Below, piece after piece: positions 48,459 to 57,640 of a stretch of DNA of 64,000 bases (its first letter is position 1; the number at the start of each line of letters is the position of its first letter). The translations under genes and the position numbers were made by a program. This DNA comes from an uncultured Candidatus Saccharibacteria bacterium. Lineage in GTDB: Bacteria > Patescibacteriota > Doudnabacteria > UBA920. The notes under the pieces were generated by a model. The model was not told where the DNA came from. It did not search any database and was given only the letters and a program-made list of their open reading frames with translations. The stretch is taken from the NCBI GenBank assembly GCA_964384035.1, contig CAYLIB010000004.1, forward strand, positions 5,340-69,339. The letters are read 5' to 3'.

Positions 48459-49679
48459 ATGAAGAATAAAGGTGGTTACTCGAGAGATGCATTTACTGCC
48501 GTAGCCGAGGAGACAGTGAAAAGATCTGGTCCCAGTGTTACGGAGAAGGCGGAACAGCGTGCGAGAGAAGGGTTGGGTCTGCATGATCTGGTTGACCCGG
48601 CGAAGTATGGAATCGTTCGTCGTTCGCTTACCTACTATCAAGACTTGGGCGATGGTCGGTATACGATTCCTCGTGGTGTTGCTATGCCATGGGAGTCGCG
48701 GTCCGACACAACTGGATCTATGGGTTATAGCATTGACGGCGTTATGATCGTGTTGCCAACGCTCTACGATTTGCTCATTGAGGGTCCGAGTCCGGTACTT
48801 GGCCGGTATGACCTGCATGTGAGCAATGGTGCGTTTGGTGACAGGTCCGACCAGTTCGTGCTGATGCGTCCGCAGTTTGAAACAGACGAGAGGGTTCTCG
48901 AACAGATGACCTATATCGTTCCTGAGCGTGCGGGCGATGATCATCCCGAAGACCCTCACTATGGTTGGTTTGCGGCGGCGTTTTTAACCCACCGTTCAAT
49001 CAATCTCTATGACCTGAAAGCGTATGACACAACGATCACCGATGCCCCGGCGCGACTTGAGTTTGATGCCGATATCGTTGAAAGGATTTTCGGCAAAGAT
49101 GTCTGGCAGAAAGCAACGGAAAATGGTTATCAGTTGAATCCACGCAAGTTGCCTTCGGTCAGGGATGTTGTCGCTGAGATGCAGAAACGCGTCCATGGCT
49201 ATGTGGCGGTGGTTCAGAGATCGGGTTATGAAAGCGCGGTGCGTTTTTACACCTCGATGTTCGGTTCCGACCACGTCGTTGTTATCCCTACTACGAGCGA
49301 GCTTGGGAGGTTCGACAAATTGCTGAAGGCCAAGGAGCGTGATGAAGCGTACAGGCTCCAGGAAGGGCTTCATTACACAGCTTTGTTGCCAGCAATTCAA
49401 GCCGCGATCATCGGGCTAACCGAAGGGACTTTGGATTTACAGGGTCTTCGTGACTATCTGACTTCCAAGGACACCTTTGGAAACTCCGCGATTTCGACTG
49501 TTGAAGCAAAGGCAGTGGTTGATGCTGTAAAAGGCATCGCCATTGGAGCACAAGCTGTGCTTCCGAATTTCTCCAAGTTGCCGCCGAAGTTCTCGATTTT
49601 CGCCAACAAGAACGATCTGTGGCCAGTGGAAGCTGGTTCGGGGAGTTCTGACAAGGGCGAGTCGGGTGTCTGGTTGTAA
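48459..49679 (+). CDS. vWA-like domain protein (SD-led)
   Basis: MIDAS-like DTTGSM; GAFGD; QFETD; TITD. Confidence 0.7.
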   Translation: MKNKGGYSRDAFTAVAEETVKRSGPSVTEKAEQRAREGLGLHDLVDPAKYGIVRRSLTYYQDLGDGRYTIPRGVAMPWESRSDTTGSMGYSIDGVMIVLPTLYDLLIEGPSPVLGRYDLHVSNGAFGDRSDQFVLMRPQFETDERVLEQMTYIVPERAGDDHPEDPHYGWFAAAFLTHRSINLYDLKAYDTTITDAPARLEFDADIVERIFGKDVWQKATENGYQLNPRKLPSVRDVVAEMQKRVHGYVAVVQRSGYESAVRFYTSMFGSDHVVVIPTTSELGRFDKLLKAKERDEAYRLQEGLHYTALLPAIQAAIIGLTEGTLDLQGLRDYLTSKDTFGNSAISTVEAKAVVDAVKGIAIGAQAVLPNFSKLPPKFSIFANKNDLWPVEAGSGSSDKGESGVWL

Positions 49680-49755
49680 ACTCGTTGAAAGAAAACTCAA
49701 TTGAACTCGGGTGAGCCTTAAACAAGTTCACCCACCCTTTTTATAGAGGTGAAGG

Positions 49756-51144
49756 ATGGCAAGACAAGTTTTTACGGTTACCGACTTGGGTCCGGGTGAT
49801 GGCGGAAAAGGCGGAGTAGTTCACAAAATTGCTTCGCATAAGAAAGCACATACGGTCGTAAAAGTTGGTGGCGCGCAGGGTTGTCATGGTGTTCGTACCT
49901 CAAGAGGGGAAGTTTTCAACTTTAGCCAATTGGGTTGCGGAACCTTCGAAGGCGCAAAGACTTTCATTTCGAAGAATTTTGTGGTGGATCCGGGTGGTCT
50001 GTTGGTGGAAGCCAATGACCTTCGGTATTCACACGGTATTCGAGAAGTGTTTGAACTGTTGATCCTAGACGCCGACGCTTTGTGTACGACACCATTTCAC
50101 GGGATAGCATCGAGACTTAGGGAACTTGCTCGGAAAGAGAATCAGAAAGGAATTGTAGGGCTTGGGATAGGCGAAGCCTATTTGGACTCCGAACTTCACC
50201 CTGATTTAGCTATTCGAGTGGGAGACCTTTTGGGTAGCGGGCTTGAAGAAAAGCTTGAAGCGATTCGACTCTTAAAACTTCGAGAACTTTCGGACATAAT
50301 TGATAGAATGAGCGAGTTATGGCCGGGAGATATTGAGATGGCGAGAGAAGAAATTGCTTTCTTGCAGAACCCGAATGCAGTTAGGGTTGTGGCTAATAAG
50401 TACCGCGAGTTCGCGAGAACTGTGAGGATTGTAGACACAGACTTTCTTCGGAAAGATATTCTGTTGCGAGACGGAGTAGTGGTGTTTGAAAGTTCTCATG
50501 GGATACTTACGGACAGAATTCATGGGTTTTACCCTCATACCAGTAAACTTCGAACTTTACCGGAACTAACTACATTTAACCTGTTGGATGAATGTGGATA
50601 CAACGGTCAGGTTGTGAAGTTCGGGATTACGCGTGGTTACCAGATACGGCATGGTGCTGGGCCTATGGTGACGCATAATCCTGACCTCTCTGAGTTATTG
50701 CTTCCAGGAAGCAGTGGCGAAGAAAACCGATGGAGAGGTAAGGTGCGAGTGGGGCCGTTGGATTTTGTTTCTCTGCGGTATGCGCTAGGCATAATTGACC
50801 ACTTGGATGCGATTGCTGTTACGTGGTTCGACCAGATTGGAATTTTCGGGCAGTGGCAGATATGCGATAGTTATTCTGCAAATGACCCGAAAGGATTCCT
50901 GACGGAAGAAAAGCGAGACATTAAACGTGTTCAGCTTGAGGGACAAGCTAAGCTCGATTATCAAACAGAGCTAACCCGGTTTCTGTTTGGGTGCAAGCCT
51001 AATGTAACTCATCTTGCTCTTCCTGAGAATGGAAGTAGGCAAGGTATGTCGGGTTTGTGTTCAGAGGTTTTTGCTGAAAAGCTAGGTGTTCCCGTGAGAA
51101 TGATTTCATTTGGGCCTACAGAAGTAGAAAAAATTTTGTTGTAG
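49756..51144 (+). CDS. Divergent adenylosuccinate synthetase-like ligase (SD-led)
   Basis: DLGPGDGGKG, GGAQGCHGV, FESSHG..D..HGFYPHTS, TRGYQIRHGAGP, RVGPLD, SFGPT. Confidence 0.85.
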   Translation: MARQVFTVTDLGPGDGGKGGVVHKIASHKKAHTVVKVGGAQGCHGVRTSRGEVFNFSQLGCGTFEGAKTFISKNFVVDPGGLLVEANDLRYSHGIREVFELLILDADALCTTPFHGIASRLRELARKENQKGIVGLGIGEAYLDSELHPDLAIRVGDLLGSGLEEKLEAIRLLKLRELSDIIDRMSELWPGDIEMAREEIAFLQNPNAVRVVANKYREFARTVRIVDTDFLRKDILLRDGVVVFESSHGILTDRIHGFYPHTSKLRTLPELTTFNLLDECGYNGQVVKFGITRGYQIRHGAGPMVTHNPDLSELLLPGSSGEENRWRGKVRVGPLDFVSLRYALGIIDHLDAIAVTWFDQIGIFGQWQICDSYSANDPKGFLTEEKRDIKRVQLEGQAKLDYQTELTRFLFGCKPNVTHLALPENGSRQGMSGLCSEVFAEKLGVPVRMISFGPTEVEKILL

Positions 51145-51346
51145 GCAGAGTTCAAAATAAACTTTGCCTAAATTTTTTAAAAGTAGATTGACAAAAGTAA
51201 TAAAATATTGTAGTGTGTACAGTCTTCGTGGTTAGTAGATTATTGGTGAAAATAATTTTTCGACAATAATCCGCTAGTCAACGCGACATGCGGGGAAGTT
51301 CTCGTACCTAACAACAACACAATTTCAATTGGAGGAAACAATTGCC

Positions 51347-52381
51347 ATGGCAATGAACGTTGAATTGAAAACACGACTCCAGTCCGAGGAATTCGGACTC
51401 AACGATGAACAGATCGGAAAGCTCGAAGCTGCTGGTTTGAAAGAAGCGACTGACTTCGCTCTTTTGAGCGGAACTCAGATTGCTGAAATCGCGAGCGTTG
51501 GAGTCATTACTGCGTTGAAGATTGGTCAGGCGTTTGCGCCTACGCCGGTCTTTACGGCTCCGGCTGCTGCAACCTCTGATTCCGATGATCACCCGATGAC
51601 TCCGCCGTCGAAAGCGGAGGTGAACAACTTTGCCGGCTCGCTCGGTATGAGTTCGGATGTTCTGATGATGGTCCTGATGGGCAATTTGGCCGGTGGTGGA
51701 ACAAACGGCATGGACTTTTCGGGCTTGATCCCTTATGGTCCTTTGCTGCTCAGTTATAACCCGCGCCGCAAAGATATCGCTTATCAGGTACTCGCATCGC
51801 TGGAACGCCAGCTTGGCACCGACATTATCGTCATCAACAGCGACGGCTCGATTAATCGAGAGCTGACGGCTCAGTACATTGAGTCCTTGGAGCAAGGGTA
51901 TGACTCGGCTCCTGACAACATCTACACGGATCGTAATGGTGAACTCCATGAGATCGTTCGTGTCGGTGTGGACGCGCAGAGTATCGCGGACGCGGATCCG
52001 CTCGATTCAACCAAGGCCCTTCAGCAGAACGGTCAGGGTATCGGTCGAATTCAGTGGGGTGGTGTCAGTCTCGACGTTCGTCAGACTGTTTACTTCGCCG
52101 TCAAGACTGGTGAAGTCGGTCCGGCCAATGAGTCCAGCCTGGTGTGGTTGCGTGACAACGTCAAACCCGGAATGAATCGTTTGATTTTGAGTCGCCAGGC
52201 TCCGAAGGCGATAGCAATGTTCAACGAAGCGTCTCGGACGGGCAACCTGCCCACTCTTCGGGTGATGCTGGGCCGTGGTCCACGCAAGCAGGAAGTGACG
52301 AATCGTCGCCGTTTTACTACGCCCAAGGACCTGAGTGGCATCGGTCGCAACAACCCCTTTAACGAAGACGATCGTCTGTAA
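51347..52381 (+). CDS. Hypothetical protein, N-terminal SAM/HhH-like helical domain (SD-led)
   Basis: TTGACA-17-TAGTGT at 51188; long 5' hairpin; ttGGAGGaaac; FGLNDEQIGKLEAAGL...; Ala/Pro linker; GC-rich. Confidence 0.7.
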   Translation: MAMNVELKTRLQSEEFGLNDEQIGKLEAAGLKEATDFALLSGTQIAEIASVGVITALKIGQAFAPTPVFTAPAAATSDSDDHPMTPPSKAEVNNFAGSLGMSSDVLMMVLMGNLAGGGTNGMDFSGLIPYGPLLLSYNPRRKDIAYQVLASLERQLGTDIIVINSDGSINRELTAQYIESLEQGYDSAPDNIYTDRNGELHEIVRVGVDAQSIADADPLDSTKALQQNGQGIGRIQWGGVSLDVRQTVYFAVKTGEVGPANESSLVWLRDNVKPGMNRLILSRQAPKAIAMFNEASRTGNLPTLRVMLGRGPRKQEVTNRRRFTTPKDLSGIGRNNPFNEDDRL

Positions 52382-52419
52382 TCGTCTGAATGGATAACTT
52401 TAAAAAGAGTTATCCTTTT

Positions 52420-54363
52420 TTATTTGTCCAGATTTGGGAGGAAAACTTTGTCTATATATAGTTTGCTCGCGAGTCTTCTGTAGCCGGGGTCCCAGAATGT
52501 ACTTTCACCGTCTACTTCTGCTTTGTGTTTGCTTCTAACTCCCGGTATGGCTGGATGGAATCTTTCGTAGCCTTTATGTAGTAGGCGATATTGTAATGTG
52601 TCGCGCTCCATGGCCTCTAGCCATATTCTTCTGGCTGGTTGGTTTTCTATTTTTTTGTCTTTTGGGTGCAAGAATCCTGGAAGAGTTTTTTTGTAAATTT
52701 CTTTAATGCTATCTGTGTTACCTACCCAAACGCCGCCTAAGAGTACGTGGGAAAGTGAGCTGTCGCCAAGATGGTTGTCTGGAGTTGGAAAGTCTTGGAT
52801 GTTTAATTCTTCTTCGGTTTCATATAGCCAAAACTGCATTGCTTCGCCTTCGGCTTTGTGGTTGCCGAAATGTGTTTTGAGTAACTTCTCTATTTGAGGT
52901 TTGTCAGTGGAAGGTATTCCTGGTTTGATAAATATAGCTATGTCTACGTCGGCTGTTATTTTTCCGTAACCTTTTACTTTAGAACCATACATAATGGCAA
53001 TGGGATAGATGAATTTAGAAAGTTCTGGATTTTCTTCAATGGTTTTAATCATCTCGTTTAGTTCTGAAATTTCTTTTTCCACCTGACTGTTTTCAATCGA
53101 AAATGCAGAATCTAACTTGGGGATTTTAAAACCTTTTTGTGAAATGCTATTTTCGTCTACAAGACCTAGAGAGTGTAGACGCGACCAAAACACTAACAGT
53201 GAATCTTGTATTTCTAGATCTCCGGTTTTTTGTATTTGCTCAAGTAAAGGTTCTAATCTTTTTAGTAAATCTTCTGTGTTCTGGGGTTTGGACTCAAGGG
53301 TTTTTCCTAATGTCTTGATGACTAGGAGTTTATAAACTTTACCTTCTGTATTGGCGATTCCCGATATTTGTTCTGGTGTTAGATTGCCTTCTTTTAAACT
53401 CTCGGATAGTGCTTCTGCGAATTGTTCTAGAATTGCGTTTTCCTCTGTGAGTCTTAGCCAATCTGCCCTGGCTTTGGGGAGGTTAGTGAGATTTCTTTCG
53501 TATCTTGTACTTAATTCGGCGAGTGATGTTTGAAATTTAATAGCTAGGTTAGTTTTTTCTAACTTAGGTTTTTCGGAATGTTGGGTATGTGTTACAGATT
53601 CTATTTGAGATTTTAAGTTTACTAATACATCTTCTCCAGATTCTTCCAATTGTTTTAGAAGTTCCTCTGAGAAAGGATTTTGTTCGTTTAGAATGAGTAG
53701 TGTGTCTGCTAGGCTTTGTTTTTGAATTGGGTCTTTTGCTTCGACGATTAGTTTAATAACATCGGAATGGGAGAGGTAGTTTTTTTCTACAAGCTTAACA
53801 GCAAGGTGGCCTGCTTTGGCGACTCTTGGTAGTGGTTCACTACGAATTTCTGGTTCGGGAATATTGCCGTCTTTGAAATTTGCCGGGATGTCAAAAATTT
53901 CTAACTGTTCATGCCAGCGTTGCATGTAGACCTCAGAGAAGTGTTTTGCGGATTCTGCAAGTGGTTTAGATTTCGTTTTTAGGTTTTTTTCTGGGAGTAA
54001 CTCGAAGGGTAAATATAAAATGAGTCGGCCGTAGTCTGGGTCGCTTAGTAGTTCTGTTAGTTTGTCGTATAGGTCGGCGAGTTCTTTTGGGGTTACTTGT
54101 TTTTCTTTTAGGGCTTCGGTGAAGTTTTTTGTGGGGTCGGGGATGCGCTCGAAAATAGCCCTAACCAGAACAGAGAGTTCTCGTCTTTTTTCGGCGAGTT
54201 GTTTTAATTCTGGGTTGTTTTTTATTTCTTCTGGCCAGGGGGACTCTGGGTCTTGTGGATTCAGTAAATATTCGGTGGCGGGTTTGAATACTTTTATGTT
54301 TTTTTCTTTTTCCCGAAATTCTTGTTGTGCTTCCGGGGGAGTGAATCTTTCTGCTGTAGTCAT
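52420..54363 (-). CDS. Large helical protein with C-terminal Pol-beta-type nucleotidyltransferase motif
   Basis: MYGSKVKGYGKITADVDIAIF (GS...DxD); no SD. Confidence 0.7.
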   Translation of the reverse strand: MTTAERFTPPEAQQEFREKEKNIKVFKPATEYLLNPQDPESPWPEEIKNNPELKQLAEKRRELSVLVRAIFERIPDPTKNFTEALKEKQVTPKELADLYDKLTELLSDPDYGRLILYLPFELLPEKNLKTKSKPLAESAKHFSEVYMQRWHEQLEIFDIPANFKDGNIPEPEIRSEPLPRVAKAGHLAVKLVEKNYLSHSDVIKLIVEAKDPIQKQSLADTLLILNEQNPFSEELLKQLEESGEDVLVNLKSQIESVTHTQHSEKPKLEKTNLAIKFQTSLAELSTRYERNLTNLPKARADWLRLTEENAILEQFAEALSESLKEGNLTPEQISGIANTEGKVYKLLVIKTLGKTLESKPQNTEDLLKRLEPLLEQIQKTGDLEIQDSLLVFWSRLHSLGLVDENSISQKGFKIPKLDSAFSIENSQVEKEISELNEMIKTIEENPELSKFIYPIAIMYGSKVKGYGKITADVDIAIFIKPGIPSTDKPQIEKLLKTHFGNHKAEGEAMQFWLYETEEELNIQDFPTPDNHLGDSSLSHVLLGGVWVGNTDSIKEIYKKTLPGFLHPKDKKIENQPARRIWLEAMERDTLQYRLLHKGYERFHPAIPGVRSKHKAEVDGESTFWDPGYRRLASKLYIDKVFLPNLDK

Positions 54364-54483
54364 GCATTTATCGTATACTGGACAATTAAACCTTACAAGA
54401 AGCTTGATTTTAGTGAGCTTTTTCTATATAGTGCAATTTCAGTTTTCTGAGTGTTGGAATTTCAAAAATGCAAAGGAGAAAAT

Positions 54484-55230
54484 ATGATGGAGCTGAAAAA
54501 TCGCTACGAAGGCGTGTTTGTTATGAGACCCAATGTAGCTTGTCTCAATACCGATACGCTAAATGGGTTCATGGAAGGATATCCTCTCGGTGTGCCAGGG
54601 TTCAATAAAGAGTTCACTCAAAGAGTAGTTAAGGTGAACTTGCAGACTCCCTTTGAAAGACGCGTGTTGCTTGGTGATAACCACCCCTACGATTCTTGGA
54701 CATACGCAAAGAATTTTAAGGTTCCGAATTTTGCTAAGATTACCTATGAGCAATCTTTGGGTTTTACTGAGGCGAGTTTTTTACCCGGGATGCGTTGGAA
54801 AAAGCAAAACTTGGTCAACTACCTTGCGAGAGTAGGAAGTATGACGGTTTTCCCCGAGCATTGTGGGGCTGGAACAGATGAGGTCCTGCCGCCACCGGAG
54901 CTGCTTGAGATCGGGTTTGGGTTGTACTGGCCAAAAGCCAATGGGTGGGCGGAATCTCATTCGGGGTTTACTGATGCTTATGGCGATGACACTGGTCTGG
55001 AAGCAGCTCTTCGCACCAGAGCGGTTAACACTCTTGTGGTTACAGGTGTTGTTACCGAGATTTGTGTTCACGCTACTGCAGAAGACGCAAAGCGAAGAGG
55101 GTTCGATGTTTTTGTGGTTTTGGATGCCATCGCCGAGCTTAGTCCGGATGGTGGTAGAAAAGCCCTACTTGATCTGGACAGGCAAGGTGTTAGGTTCCTG
55201 ACCAGCGACCAGATTCAGCTTCATTATTAG
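54484..55230 (+). CDS. pncA: Nicotinamidase/isochorismatase family (SD-led)
   Basis: D-T-L-N-G-F, DNHP, PEHC, K...SGF, GVVTEICVHATA; AAAGGAG SD; NAD context. Confidence 0.8.
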   Translation: MMELKNRYEGVFVMRPNVACLNTDTLNGFMEGYPLGVPGFNKEFTQRVVKVNLQTPFERRVLLGDNHPYDSWTYAKNFKVPNFAKITYEQSLGFTEASFLPGMRWKKQNLVNYLARVGSMTVFPEHCGAGTDEVLPPPELLEIGFGLYWPKANGWAESHSGFTDAYGDDTGLEAALRTRAVNTLVVTGVVTEICVHATAEDAKRRGFDVFVVLDAIAELSPDGGRKALLDLDRQGVRFLTSDQIQLHY

Positions 55231-55357
55231 AAAAGCTACCCGTGAAAGTAGTATTTTTTTATCTAAAAGTTGAGTCACATCGTGGACAATGTGTGGCTTT
55301 TGGATTATTATGCAGTCTTTCCTCTTGCCGAAAATTTAAACTATTTAGGGGGTAAAA

Positions 55358-55675
55358 ATGGTAATTGGTTATTTTGTCTGGGCGGCGATATATGGGGCTT
55401 TGGTGGCTCTTTTCACCGCTCTTGGATTTGACTTCGAGGCTAACAGCTTAAATGAGACGAAAGGACAAAGGTTGCTCAAGGCGGTAGTGGTGTCGTTTGC
55501 TTTTACGGCATTTACGTCGCTTCCTTTTGTCTATGTTCCGTGTGCTTTAATTAACTGGTATTTTAAGCCGGGCGGAGGCCTTGCTTTTAAGGCAGCTGGT
55601 ATATCGCTACCTTGGCTAATTTCCGTGATCTCGGCAGTTATGGTCTCCTTTTCAATAAAGCTTAGATATAAGTAA
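55358..55675 (+). CDS. Three-TM hypothetical protein
   Basis: tAGGGGGtaaaa-ATG; own terminator. Confidence 0.65.
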   Translation: MVIGYFVWAAIYGALVALFTALGFDFEANSLNETKGQRLLKAVVVSFAFTAFTSLPFVYVPCALINWYFKPGGGLAFKAAGISLPWLISVISAVMVSFSIKLRYK

Positions 55676-55777
55676 GATACTGCGAAAGTTGTTCGCGGTT
55701 TTTTATTTAGGATTTGATAAAAGGGCTTAAAATTGGTATTATTTAGTGTTTTAATACCATTTTTCAAGGAGAGGAAT

Positions 55778-56356
55778 ATGGAGAGACTTGCTTTGTTTGG
55801 AGGAGCGTTTGATCCGTTTGGGAATCATCATTTGGAAGTTGTTAACGCCTTAATCAAATGTCAGTTTGTGGACCGAGTTGTGGTTTTTCCTTCCGGGGAC
55901 AGGCCGGACAAGCCTTACATTACAAAAGGTGTTCACCGGGGGGAAATGATTCGTTTGGCTTGTGAGAGACTGCGAAGGGTGCAAGTAGATTTATCGGACA
56001 TCACGGAAGGGACTTATAGTCGGGCTTGGGACTTGCAGATGAAGTTTGGCAAGAAGTACGAAGTTCTGCATGTAATCGGTTCGGACTGGCTGGTGGTGGG
56101 TGAAGATGGAATTGTGCCGGTAAAGAAATGGTTTAAAGGAAACGAGCTTTGGGATAATGCGCAGTTCTTAATTGTTACAAGACCGGGGTTCGAATACGGT
56201 GCGATTCAGACACCGACGAAGTCTTTTACTTTAAAACTTGAGAGACAAGGTTCGAGTACGGAAATTCGGAATTTAGTGAAAGCGGGAAAATGTATTTCCG
56301 GACTTGTAGACCCCAAAGTGGAAAAGTATATTTATGAAAATGAGTTGTATGTTTAG
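55778..56356 (+). CDS. nadD: Nicotinate-nucleotide adenylyltransferase (SD-led)
   Basis: ALFGGAFDPFGNHH, HRGEM, IGSD, RPG, SSTEIR, VEKYIYENELY; AAGGAGAGG SD. Confidence 0.88.
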   Translation: MERLALFGGAFDPFGNHHLEVVNALIKCQFVDRVVVFPSGDRPDKPYITKGVHRGEMIRLACERLRRVQVDLSDITEGTYSRAWDLQMKFGKKYEVLHVIGSDWLVVGEDGIVPVKKWFKGNELWDNAQFLIVTRPGFEYGAIQTPTKSFTLKLERQGSSTEIRNLVKAGKCISGLVDPKVEKYIYENELYV

Positions 56357-56493
56357 TCTGGCATGGACTGTTGTTTCTGTGCCAGAAATATTTTTAGAGG
56401 TTTTTATCTGAACTACTCGGATGGAAATTTCTGGGCTTGAAAAGTTCGAGCCTGAAGTACTAACAACCGAAGAAAATAATTGGAGGAAACGAG

Positions 56494-57534
56494 ATGCGGA
56501 AATTAATCGTGTCTACTGAGTTCAAAGCGGGTAAGTGGGTGATTGAAAAGATCTAGGATGCAACGGCGGGTTTGATGAATGCTGGAGCGCCTATTTCTGA
56601 AAACTTTCCGGGTTTTGTTCCCGTCGTGTTTGGCACCACAGAGGGCGAGAATGAAAATTTTGATGTTCTTAAAAGCCAACTCGACCCGATCTATCAAGCG
56701 ATGTGTATTGACCCAAAGATCCGTGTGGGCGGTCCGTATGGTGACTACCTTACAGTGGTGGAATCTAGTGGTTCTTACACTCTCATTGAAGCGGGTTTGA
56801 AGGCGTGGCCGAAGGCGGCTATTGCTTCTGACCTGTTTCCGGTTATTATCACACCTTCGGGTAAGGTTTTCTTCGTTGGAATTGTTCGCGTGCAACCGCC
56901 GGGTGTTGGTGGACCAGCCTCGCTTGGTGGGTTCAATGGGGTGTTTGGACCTCACTTTGCTTCTTCGCCGGAATGCTTGCTTGGTTACGATAAAAAGGAG
57001 AAAGACGAGGCGCGTGAAGAGATTGGTATGAAGGTGTGGGTCAACAATGACATTCCCTTCGACCAGGAAACTCCATTCCCAGATATGGTTGCAGTCAAGG
57101 TTAAGATTGGCGAAAAAACCTATGAAACGTCAATCTACAGTCTTGGTGAGACGTATACTACGGAAGAAGAATACCTCCCAAATTTGAACGAACAGCGGGT
57201 GCATGCGGCTTGGGGTTACCTTATGCCGGTCGTGATTCACGAAGAAGTGACCAGAGAGGAATTGCTTGCCCAGTTCAAATGCAACGACCCTAAAGAGGGT
57301 AATGGCATTTATGTGCAAGAGATTACCGCTGAGTCTGGCTTCGAGCTTCCGCTACCCATTGGACATCATCAACGACTGTGGATGCGCGCGGTTCAATTGC
57401 TTCAAACTTTCACTGCGGCTACCATTAACCCGATCGGAGAACTTTTCCAAATTCTCGAAGAGGGGCTTGATTTTGCCTCGGAACGGTTTGCGCAATATGC
57501 TAACGGGGGCGGAAAGATTAAACCACTTGGTTAA
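56494..57534 (+). CDS. Divergent Nudix-fold protein (putative ADP-ribose pyrophosphatase) with in-frame TAG at codon 21
   Basis: ttGGAGGaaacgag-ATG at 56494 in frame with ORF 56572; TAG 56554-56556; ASDL..VI, ASLGGF, EAREEIG. Confidence 0.6.
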
Positions 57535-57640
57535 GAGCTACTAAAAGGTAGTTCTTTTTTTATTGACATTTAGGCTGAAAAATGGTATTTTTGGGCTTAA
57601 ATCTTGACCAGATTTCATTTCAATTGAATTGGAGGATTCT

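Noticed and set aside
49756-51144. PurZ (Z-base synthesis)
   Set aside because: Keeps Asp in GDGGKG rather than the Ser of PurZ; no linked DatZ or polymerase.
47555-52353. Long antisense ORFs (47555-48184, 48351-48959, 51308-51949)
   Set aside because: Shadows of GC-richer sense genes; no motifs or start signals.
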